Translations under genes and position numbers: made by a program
Assembly (NCBI GenBank): GCA_963817895.1
Contig: CAWFQB010000012.1
Span: forward strand, 1 to 64,000
Length of the DNA stretch: 64,000 nt
Direction of reading: 5' to 3'
Origin: an uncultured Chthonomonadaceae bacterium
Lineage (GTDB): Bacteria; Armatimonadota; Chthonomonadetes; Chthonomonadales; Chthonomonadaceae
The notes under the pieces: generated by a model
Database searches by the model: none
The model's input: only the letters and a program-made list of their open reading frames with translations
What the model was told of the DNA's origin: nothing
Part shown: positions 56,432-64,000 of the stretch, one piece after another
Layout of the letters: the number at the start of each line of letters is the position of its first letter
Position numbering within the stretch: position 1 is the first letter of the stretch

Positions 56432-57235
56432 ATGCACACACCTCATCGGCGCGGTTTTACCCTGATCGAACTCCTTGTCGTGATCGCCATTATCGCGATT
56501 CTTGCCGCCATTCTCTTTCCCGTATTCGCCAAAGCGCGCGAAAAAGCCCGCCAGACCTCCTGCACTTCCAATCTGAAGCAGATACTGCTCGGCTGGAGCA
56601 TGTACGCGCAGGATTATGACGAGCGACTGCTGCCCTATTCGTTTCCCACCGATATCAACGGAACCTGTGACGGGTCTTCGTGCGGGCTGCCGGTTGCCTG
56701 GCCGCTGACGCTACAGCCGCAAATTAAAAACACGGGTGTTTTTAAGTGTCCGAGCGACACGCATAGTATCAGCTACACCTACAACGCTGAAATTCCCCGC
56801 ATCACCGGCAGTGGCGGAAATCGTCCGCTCGCGGGCGTTCAGGTTGTGGCGCAAACGCCGATCTTCATTGACGCCGCCGGTATCAACAACGTGGTATCGG
56901 GCGGAACCACCTACACGCAGGCGCTTGCCTTTTTCATTGACAAAGGCAACTTTACGCTGGGCGGGCGCAGGCTCAACAATCCCGCGAACTTGAACGCGAC
57001 GCCGGGATGGACCAGCGGCGCGGGTGGCGGCTGCCCCAATTCCGGAGCGCCGGAAGCGCGTCCCGCCGCTGACCGCCACACAGATGGCGCGGTGTACGGC
57101 ATGGTGGACGGACATGTGAAATGGCTGCGCAACGCCACTTCGCCCGTTTGTACGCCGCTTGGGATTGTGCCTGCGCGCGATGGTCTGGATTATAACGGCG
57201 ACGGCATTCTCGGAAATGCGTCTACCATTGATTGA
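56432..57235 (+). CDS. Prepilin-type N-terminal / DUF1559 / H-X9-DG protein
   Basis: [56 protein letters not shown]. Confidence 0.95.
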   Translation: MHTPHRRGFTLIELLVVIAIIAILAAILFPVFAKAREKARQTSCTSNLKQILLGWSMYAQDYDERLLPYSFPTDINGTCDGSSCGLPVAWPLTLQPQIKNTGVFKCPSDTHSISYTYNAEIPRITGSGGNRPLAGVQVVAQTPIFIDAAGINNVVSGGTTYTQALAFFIDKGNFTLGGRRLNNPANLNATPGWTSGAGGGCPNSGAPEARPAADRHTDGAVYGMVDGHVKWLRNATSPVCTPLGIVPARDGLDYNGDGILGNASTID

Positions 57236-57361
57236 TACCCTGACTGATGCCACTATATGATTTTGGAAGGATTTCTGTACGCCGGGGCGGGCGCTTGCCG
57301 CAGGACGCTCTGCCTTTGCGCCGCCCCGTCGCGTCCTTTTACGAGTTTACGAGGAGTGAAA

Positions 57362-58173
57362 ATGCTATCAAGAAAGCCTCGCGGGTTCACGCTTATTGAA
57401 CTGCTCGTCGTGATCGCCATTATCGCGATTCTCGCGGCGATTCTGTTCCCGGTATTTGCCCAGGCGCGGGAAAAGGCGCGCGCCACCTCGTGCCTGAGCA
57501 ACGCCAAACAAATGGGACTGGCCCTGAACATGTACCTGCAAGATTACGATGAGCGCTTTGTCGCTACCCGCTGGTCGATCCCACCGATGCCTGCGGCGTG
57601 GGCGGAAGCGCCGTCAACGGTTCGCAGTGGAACATGATTATACAGCCGTACATCAAGAACACGCAAATATTCCAGTGTCCCTCCGACAGCACGGCGCCGG
57701 GAACCGGCGTGTCGCAATCGCGTAAGCGCAGTTACATTCTGACATCGGGGCCGCGTGACCGGCTGGATGCGGACTGCTCCGCGCCGGGGGGCATTTCGCA
57801 CACGGACTGGGGCGCGTCCATTGCGGAAATCCCGACTCCGGCCAGCATGGTCGCCTGCTATGAGCGGTGGGAAACCGGCAGCAATATTGACAATCCGTTT
57901 TCGGTGCATCAGGACTTATCGGGTACGCAGGACTGGTGTACCTACCCGGACCCGACGGGAAGCACCTGGCTGCAATACCCCCGCAAATCGCACTGGTTCG
58001 ATTCCAGCCCCAACTTCGATCCGCAACACCAGATGCGCGCCACACTGCTGTTCGCCGACGGCCATGCCAAGCAACTGCTTTACAATCAGACCTGGTCGTC
58101 GAGTGGCGGGCCGGAATGTACCGGCAGCGGCCCCACAACCTGGAGCATGTTCGACAAACGGAAGAACTTCTAA
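57362..58173 (+). CDS. Prepilin-type N-terminal / DUF1559 / H-X9-DG protein, frameshift near 57590
   Basis: [49 protein letters not shown]. Confidence 0.92.
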
Positions 58174-58183
58174 GGAGACATTC

Positions 58184-58771
58184 ATGTCCAAAAATGTCCA
58201 TATCGGGCGCGGGGAAGCCGGTTCCGATGGGGCGAAAGCAACGCCTCCGAAACCTGCCGCGTCCGCAGCCGCGCCCCGGCAACTCCCGCTTGCCAACGTG
58301 CCGCGCCCCGCGCTTATCGGGGGCGGCGTCGCGTTGCTCGTAATTATCCTTGCCGGGTTGTGGTTCATGTTCGGCGTGGGGCCGGAAAACTCGGCCTCGT
58401 TCGCCGCTTCAGCAGGCAAGGAGGCTCCCGCGTCCCCTGCCAGAACCGCCGCTACAGGGGGAACTGCTGCGGCAACCGACACAGGCGCAGGCGGCAATAC
58501 ATCTGCCTCGCCGTCCGCTCCGCCCACGCCCGTAACCAACGCGCCAACCGCTTCCAGCGCGTCGAGCGGTTCGGCGGGAATGTCCGCAGTTCCTTCTCCC
58601 GCGCCTGCCGACGCGGGTTCTGCTGCCGGAGTGCCTGCGGCAGCGGGAACGACGCCTGTAGAAGTGGAGGGTTCTCCCCCCGCAAACAGCCATGCGGGTG
58701 ACGGTTCCACCTGGAAGGCAGGCGACGCCGCAGGCAAAGTTTACCGGCACGGCCCCGCTTCCGATCCGTAA
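58184..58771 (+). CDS. Single-TM protein with Ala/Pro/Ser-rich disordered region
   Basis: AAGGAG RBS directly after the prepilin gene; TM ALIGGGVALLVIILAGLWFMF. Confidence 0.7.
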   Translation: MSKNVHIGRGEAGSDGAKATPPKPAASAAAPRQLPLANVPRPALIGGGVALLVIILAGLWFMFGVGPENSASFAASAGKEAPASPARTAATGGTAAATDTGAGGNTSASPSAPPTPVTNAPTASSASSGSAGMSAVPSPAPADAGSAAGVPAAAGTTPVEVEGSPPANSHAGDGSTWKAGDAAGKVYRHGPASDP

Positions 58772-58991
58772 CGCGGCGGTATCGCCTTGTCCTATATTCT
58801 GCTCATCCAGCCGCGTTGAGTTGGAAACGCATCGAAATAGGGAGGAAGAATCAGGCTTTCGGTCATACTCTAAAAGACCCGGAGGCTTGCGCTTCCTCCC
58901 TTCGTAATGAACGATTTGAAAGTCTTCATGCTCTATTGCCCTCTTTTGACGTATAATAGACGACTTCTTATGCGCAAGAAAGGAAAGAGAA

Positions 58992-59303
58992 ATGAGTTTG
59001 ACGCTGACACGCGAACAGGAAGCAAGATTGCAGCGCAAGGCGGCGCGAATGGGAAAGCCTGCCGAAGTGGTTCTGGATGAACTTTTGGAAGAACAGGAGC
59101 CTCAATCTTTTACCGCCCGCCAGCTTCTCGCCTTACCGAAAGCCGAGCGAACTCGTATCCTTCAGGCACAGGCGGAGCGAGCGGCGTTGGAATACGAAGC
59201 GGACCTTGCCCGTCCGGCAGAGGAACGCGAACTAACCGCGTTTACCGCTCTGGATGGCGAAACATTTAACGACTACCCCGCAGAGGAGACGGCTCATGAC
59301 TGA
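58992..59303 (+). CDS. Small antitoxin-like hypothetical protein
   Basis: RHH-like N-terminus MSLTLTREQEARLQRKAA and an acidic C-terminus. Confidence 0.6.
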   Translation: MSLTLTREQEARLQRKAARMGKPAEVVLDELLEEQEPQSFTARQLLALPKAERTRILQAQAERAALEYEADLARPAEERELTAFTALDGETFNDYPAEETAHD

Positions 59304-59347
59304 GACGCCGCAGCAGGTGAAGTTTCCTGAAAGTGAATAATCAAGCC

Positions 59348-60331
59348 ATGCGACGTATTTTAGTAACGGGGGCTGCGGGGAAAGTCGGACAGGCGTTTAT
59401 CAATCGCTTTTTGTCAGAACGGCAAGACACGCCGACTGTTGTACGCGCTTTGTGCCATAACCGCAAACTGCCGGAGCGCGAGGGGCTAGAAGTGGTTACG
59501 GGCGATATGTCGGTTCAGGCGGATGTGCAGGCGGCAATGGCAGACGTGACGCATGTGCTGCATCTGGCGACCTGCAAAGAGACGCCGGACGCCGTAATGG
59601 ATGTGGCGGTGAAGGGGCTGTTCTGGCTGCTGGAAGCGTGCCGCCAATCGCCAACGTTTTCGCAATTCGTGCTGCTCGGCGGCGACGCGGGGATGGGACA
59701 CTTCTTCTACCGCTTTCCCACGCCAATTGTGGAAACGCAAAAACACTCGGCGTATCCCGGCTGCTACGCCCTCTCGAAAGTGCTGGAAGAGGTAATGCTG
59801 GAGCAATATTATATCCAGTACGGCTTGAACGGCTGCTGTCTGCGCGCCCCCTGGATCATGGAAAAGGACGATTTCAAGGTCACGCTGTCGTTCGGGGATG
59901 ATATATTCGGTGGGCCGCGCTGGAAGGATTTAGTAGCGCCGGAACAAGCGGCAGAGTATGCGCGAACCCAAACCGTTCCCGTGATGCTGGACGCGGACGG
60001 CGAACCGATACAGCGCAATTTTGTTCATCTCGACGATCTTATCACAGCGATTATAGCCGCGCTCGACCATCCCCGCGCCCGACAGCAAACGTTCAACATC
60101 TGCATGGATGAACCTGTCCAGTACCGTAAAGTGGCGGAGTATCTGCATCAAACGCGCGGCCTGCCGTCCGTAGACATTCCCACGCAGTTTCAATCCACCT
60201 GGCTGGACAACACAAAAGCGAAGTTCCTGCTCGGCTGGCGTCCTCTCGTGGATTTACCCGCGTTGATTAACCTCGCCTGGAATTATCAGCGCGGCGCGAA
60301 CGATCCACGCATCATCTATTATCCGGGGTGA
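59348..60331 (+). CDS. NAD-dependent epimerase/dehydratase
   Basis: ILVTGAAGKVG, YALSK, RNFVHLDDL. Confidence 0.92.
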   Translation: MRRILVTGAAGKVGQAFINRFLSERQDTPTVVRALCHNRKLPEREGLEVVTGDMSVQADVQAAMADVTHVLHLATCKETPDAVMDVAVKGLFWLLEACRQSPTFSQFVLLGGDAGMGHFFYRFPTPIVETQKHSAYPGCYALSKVLEEVMLEQYYIQYGLNGCCLRAPWIMEKDDFKVTLSFGDDIFGGPRWKDLVAPEQAAEYARTQTVPVMLDADGEPIQRNFVHLDDLITAIIAALDHPRARQQTFNICMDEPVQYRKVAEYLHQTRGLPSVDIPTQFQSTWLDNTKAKFLLGWRPLVDLPALINLAWNYQRGANDPRIIYYPG

Positions 60332-60364
60332 GGCGAAGGCGCAGGGATGAATAAGTCTGGCTAA

Positions 60365-60466
60365 GAGCCTATCCCAACAGTCGATTGCATTTGCGTCCGA
60401 AGGACGCTTGGCCGCAGGCCACTCAGACGGGTACGTTCTCTGTACCCGGCCTGGTGGGATAGGCTC
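60365..60466. mobile_element. MITE (102 bp) with GAG-initiated TIRs and a TAA target duplication
   Basis: TAA|GAGCCTATCCCAACAG ... CTGGTGGGATAGGCTC|TAA. Confidence 0.8.
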
Positions 60467-61413
60467 TAAGTTGTCGCTTGTCCATGAAACACCAGTGTGT
60501 GTCTATCTATAGGGATGCGCAATCCCCGTAGAAATCCTGATAGAAAATAAAAAAGCCGCTTGACACCCCGCAACCGCCGGACGCGCAAGCAGTCTTGAAG
60601 CGTAAGAACCGCATGCCAGCGCATTCGACCCAACGGAGCCAGTCTCATGCCGGGCGCGCCACTACGGAAGTGCTTGGAGCAAGCGGCGCCCAGAGCCGTG
60701 TAATCGCGCTGGGATAGGTCTTTGCCCTGCTCCCAGGTGCGATACCCATAGTGCAAAACGTGCGCTCTCGACGCGAGATAGACGGAATAGCCTTTCAAAA
60801 GCGCGCGAACCGCGATGTCTGTGTCATCGGCGGAAGGGAACAGCGCTCCCGGCCCAAGCATCGAATCGAAGCCGCCAATATCTTGTATGCACGAACGCCG
60901 CACTGCCATTCCCGCGCCGATCCCTCCAACCCCAACGCCGATTCTGCCATGCTTCTCCGGGGTTAGCGTCTGATCCTGCTCAATGGGATACTCGTGAATG
61001 AACCCATTCGTCTTGTCATAGGGAGCGGCGTAGACGCTGCAATAAACGACGCCGATTGCCGTGTTGGTAGAAAAAACAGTTTCTATCTGACGTAGCCAGT
61101 CGGGGTAAACCTCGCAGTCATCGTCCGTGATTGCCACGATCTCACTTTGCGTTTCCGCAATCGCTAAATTATGCGCTTTGCCCAATCCCTTGCTTGCCGT
61201 ATGAATATAGCGCAGACGCGACTCGGATTGCAGGGGCAGCAACGCCTGTTTTGTTTCGTCATTGTCGCTTTGATCAATGACGACGCACTCGAAATCGGGA
61301 TGTGTGTTCGCGAGAATGCTATGGACGGCCATGAGTAACGTGTCGCCCCGGTTAGCCGTACAGATGATCGCGCTGATTCGGGGGTGTTTCGCTTCGGTAG
61401 AATTATAGTTCAA
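60466..61413 (-). CDS. Glycosyltransferase family 2
   Basis: ISAIICTANR, VIDQS, ITDDDC, IGGFD, DDTDI. Confidence 0.93.
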   Translation of the reverse strand: MNYNSTEAKHPRISAIICTANRGDTLLMAVHSILANTHPDFECVVIDQSDNDETKQALLPLQSESRLRYIHTASKGLGKAHNLAIAETQSEIVAITDDDCEVYPDWLRQIETVFSTNTAIGVVYCSVYAAPYDKTNGFIHEYPIEQDQTLTPEKHGRIGVGVGGIGAGMAVRRSCIQDIGGFDSMLGPGALFPSADDTDIAVRALLKGYSVYLASRAHVLHYGYRTWEQGKDLSQRDYTALGAACSKHFRSGAPGMRLAPLGRMRWHAVLTLQDCLRVRRLRGVKRLFYFLSGFLRGLRIPIDRHTLVFHGQATT

Positions 61414-61544
61414 GTGAAACCCTCCTGTATAATCCTGTCGCGGGAACCTGCCTGGCAGATCAATAATTTCGGGCGAACGCTCTATTATAGCCGGATGCGG
61501 CAGACTTGTAAAGAGTTCTTAATATAGTTTAGGAGCAAGTAAAG

Positions 61545-63041
61545 ATGATGGCAGATTTTATACTCGCGTTGGATCAGGGAACGACGAGTTCGCGTGCGAT
61601 TCTGTTTGACCAATCCGGGCGTGTCTGCGGCGTGGAGCAGCAGGAGTACGCGCAGCGCTACCCGCATCCGGGATGGGTGGAACACGCGCCTGAAGACATC
61701 TGGACTTCGCAGGCGGGCGTTGTCGCCAAACTTTTGCGGGAACAGAATGTCACGGGAGCGGACATAGCCGCCGCAGGCATCACCAATCAGCGCGAAACCA
61801 CCATTCTATGGGAACGCGCGACGGGACGCCCGGTTGCCAACGCCATTGTGTGGCAGGATCGGCGAACTCAGCCTCTGTGCGAACGTCTGCGCGCGGAGGG
61901 ACTGGAACCGCTGTTTCGCGCCCGAACCGGCCTGCCGCTCGACCCCTATTTTTCCGGCACAAAAATAAATTGGCTGCTGGACAACACGCCCGGACTGCGA
62001 ACGCGGGCGGAACGGGGCGAAATCGCGTTCGGAACCGTAGATACGTTTCTCCTCTGGCGGCTGACAAAAGGCGCGGTTCACGCGACTGATGTTTCCAACG
62101 CTTCCCGCACCCTGCTGTTCAATATTCTCACGGGCGAATGGGACGCGGAACTACTCCAACTTTTGAATATCCCCCGCGAATTACTGCCCGAAGTGAAGCC
62201 GAGCAGCCACATCTACGGTGAAACCGCAACCGAACTATTGGGCCGCGCCATTCCCATATCCGGCATTGCGGGCGATCAGCAGGCCGCCACATTCGGGCAA
62301 GCCTGCCACCAACAGGGCATGGTAAAAAACACGTACGGAACCGGCTCCTTCCTTCTGATGAACACCGGCAATCAACCGCAATTCTCCCAACACGGCCTGC
62401 TGACAACAGTAGCATGGCAACTGCCAACCACCAATCACCAATCACCAATCACCTACGCATTAGAGGGCAGCATTTTCGTGACCGGGGCGGCAGTGCAGTG
62501 GCTGCGGGATGAGTTGCAGATTATTCGTTCGGCATCGGAGATAGAAGGGTTGGCGACTTCGGTTCCCGACAGTGGGGGCGTGACGTTTGTGCCGGCGTTT
62601 GTCGGGTTGGGAGCGCCGTACTGGGACGCGGGCGCGAGGGGCGCGATTGTCGGACTGACGCGCGGGACGGGAAGGGCGCACCTGGCGCGGGCGGCTCTGG
62701 AAGCGGTCTGCTTTCAAACCCGCGACGTGCTGGAAGCCATGCGGCAGGACAGCGGTTTGAATATTCCCGAACTGCGCGTGGATGGCGGCATGACTGTCAA
62801 CGATACCCTGATGCAGATGCAGGCGGATTTACTGGGGACAACGGTTGTGCGCCCCGCCGTCACGGAAACAACGGCTCTGGGCGCAGCGTATCTTGCGGGG
62901 TTGGCGGTCGGTTTCTGGCAAACAGCGGAAGAGATTGCCGCGCAGTGGGCTGTAGACAGAACCTTCACGCCGCAAATGAGCATGGACGAGCGCGAAACGC
63001 TGTACACAGGCTGGAAGCAGGCGGTCACGCGAGTGCGTTGA
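61545..63041 (+). CDS. glpK: Glycerol kinase
   Basis: [55 protein letters not shown]. Confidence 0.98.
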   Translation: MMADFILALDQGTTSSRAILFDQSGRVCGVEQQEYAQRYPHPGWVEHAPEDIWTSQAGVVAKLLREQNVTGADIAAAGITNQRETTILWERATGRPVANAIVWQDRRTQPLCERLRAEGLEPLFRARTGLPLDPYFSGTKINWLLDNTPGLRTRAERGEIAFGTVDTFLLWRLTKGAVHATDVSNASRTLLFNILTGEWDAELLQLLNIPRELLPEVKPSSHIYGETATELLGRAIPISGIAGDQQAATFGQACHQQGMVKNTYGTGSFLLMNTGNQPQFSQHGLLTTVAWQLPTTNHQSPITYALEGSIFVTGAAVQWLRDELQIIRSASEIEGLATSVPDSGGVTFVPAFVGLGAPYWDAGARGAIVGLTRGTGRAHLARAALEAVCFQTRDVLEAMRQDSGLNIPELRVDGGMTVNDTLMQMQADLLGTTVVRPAVTETTALGAAYLAGLAVGFWQTAEEIAAQWAVDRTFTPQMSMDERETLYTGWKQAVTRVR

Positions 63042-63050
63042 GAAGAAGAT

Positions 63051-63180
63051 TTAGCCGCGAATGAACGCGAATGAACGCGAATATAATTCAAAATAGACAG
63101 GATTAACAGGTTTTTCAGGATTTGACAGGATTATCGTAGTGCAATCTTGCTCTATTTCATTCGCGTTCATTCGCGGCTAA
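63051..63180. repeat. Family C inverted element with a nested CAGGATT arm
   Basis: TTAGCCGCGAATGAACGCGAAT ... ATTCGCGTTCATTCGCGGCTAA around GACAGGATTAACAGG..CAGGATT..CAGGATT. Confidence 0.9.
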
Positions 63181-63190
63181 ATCTTCTGCG

Positions 63191-64000
63191 TTATGGTGTG
63201 GCGGGCAGGTTTTCGTACCATTTTATGATGTTGCTGCCGCAGCAGATGATGTCGGGGCGTTTGTCGCCGTTGATGTCGGCGATTACCAGACCGGAACCGC
63301 CCATGCCGCCCACGTCGAGGGTGAAGCGTTCCCATTTCGCGCCCTCGGCGTCCACGCAACGGTAGCCATACAGGTTGTGTGTTCCGCCGCGATAACCGGC
63401 GATGATTTCGCTTTGCCCGTCGCCGTCTAGATCAACGCAGCCCAGAGCGTGGCCGTCTTCCAGCGTGGTGTCAATGACATGCCGCTGCCACAAGCCTTTG
63501 CCATTCGAGGGTAGGGTATAAACCACAACCTCATTGCCGTGCCAGGGTTCTATCGTTGCCAGAAACGGGCGCTTGCCTTTCAGCCAGCCCCGGTCTATCT
63601 CGCTGCTGCCCCGTTTGGGCGGCATGTTTTGTTCCCCGCTTGCCAGCAGGGTTTTGCGCCAGGTTCGATTTGCGCCCTTGCCCTCCGGCGCAAACCATGT
63701 CACGCCCTCATAACTGGCAACCAGCAGGTCGTCGCGTCCATCGCCGTCGAAGTCCAGAATCCTCATGCCGTGCGCGACTGTCAGGGAGCGGTCTATGGTA
63801 TAGGTTCGCGCTTTGCCGTTCGCGAACGCATAGCCCGTGATGGCAACCGGAAGGGCATAATTTGGCGGCGTCGCGCCCTCGCCTAAAATTGGAACGACCA
63901 CGAGTTCTTTCTTGCCGTTGCCGTCCCAATCCGCCCATCGCAGGCGGTGCGCGGTGGGAATGTTGGCAAAATCGTGTCCCGTCCATTCCTCGTTTGCGTT
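63191..64000 (-). CDS. FG-GAP/VCBS repeat beta-propeller protein, start beyond the window edge
   Basis: DWDGNGKKEL, DFDGDGRDDL, DLDGDGQSEI, DINGDKRPDI; EPWHG motif. Confidence 0.88.
   Translation of the reverse strand, partial: NANEEWTGHDFANIPTAHRLRWADWDGNGKKELVVVPILGEGATPPNYALPVAITGYAFANGKARTYTIDRSLTVAHGMRILDFDGDGRDDLLVASYEGVTWFAPEGKGANRTWRKTLLASGEQNMPPKRGSSEIDRGWLKGKRPFLATIEPWHGNEVVVYTLPSNGKGLWQRHVIDTTLEDGHALGCVDLDGDGQSEIIAGYRGGTHNLYGYRCVDAEGAKWERFTLDVGGMGGSGLVIADINGDKRPDIICCGSNIIKWYENLPATP

Overview
A 64 kb, moderately GC-rich bacterial window, most consistent with Armatimonadota (inferred from DUF1559/H-X9-DG prepilin-like genes, a Firmicutes-style dcw cluster with DUF881/DUF1290, and a probable outer-membrane beta-barrel). 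Left to right it holds: a prepilin-like gene; D-aminoacylase; purB; a ~16.5 kb operon of the MoxR/DUF58/BatA-vWA type with a giant Gln-rich protein, two exported prenyltransferase/squalene-oxidase-repeat proteins and a YdjY-like protein; rhodanese, Rieske and fructosamine-kinase genes; a stress-type cluster (MRJP, SDR, SRPBCC, His-rich protein, Zn-ADH); a cysteine desulfurase; the minus-strand dcw cluster (mraZ to ftsZ and pgeF); small accessory genes; two more prepilin-like genes; an epimerase, GT2, glpK and an FG-GAP protein. The best candidate for a new system is five divergent HEAT-like/2-TM paralogues inside the MoxR operon. All end in a tripartite tail, LLRAS-x9/10-LLRPA-x10/11-LLRP, and the operon is preceded by an ECF-sigma-like promoter. 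The second theme is roughly ten families of short palindromic repeat elements that nest inside each other and lie in frame inside proteins (Ddl, RsmH, GlpK, a GT-C enzyme, two signal peptides). Many essential genes carry single-base frameshifts, most likely sequencing or assembly errors. All product calls come from recognising motifs by eye; no database search was run.
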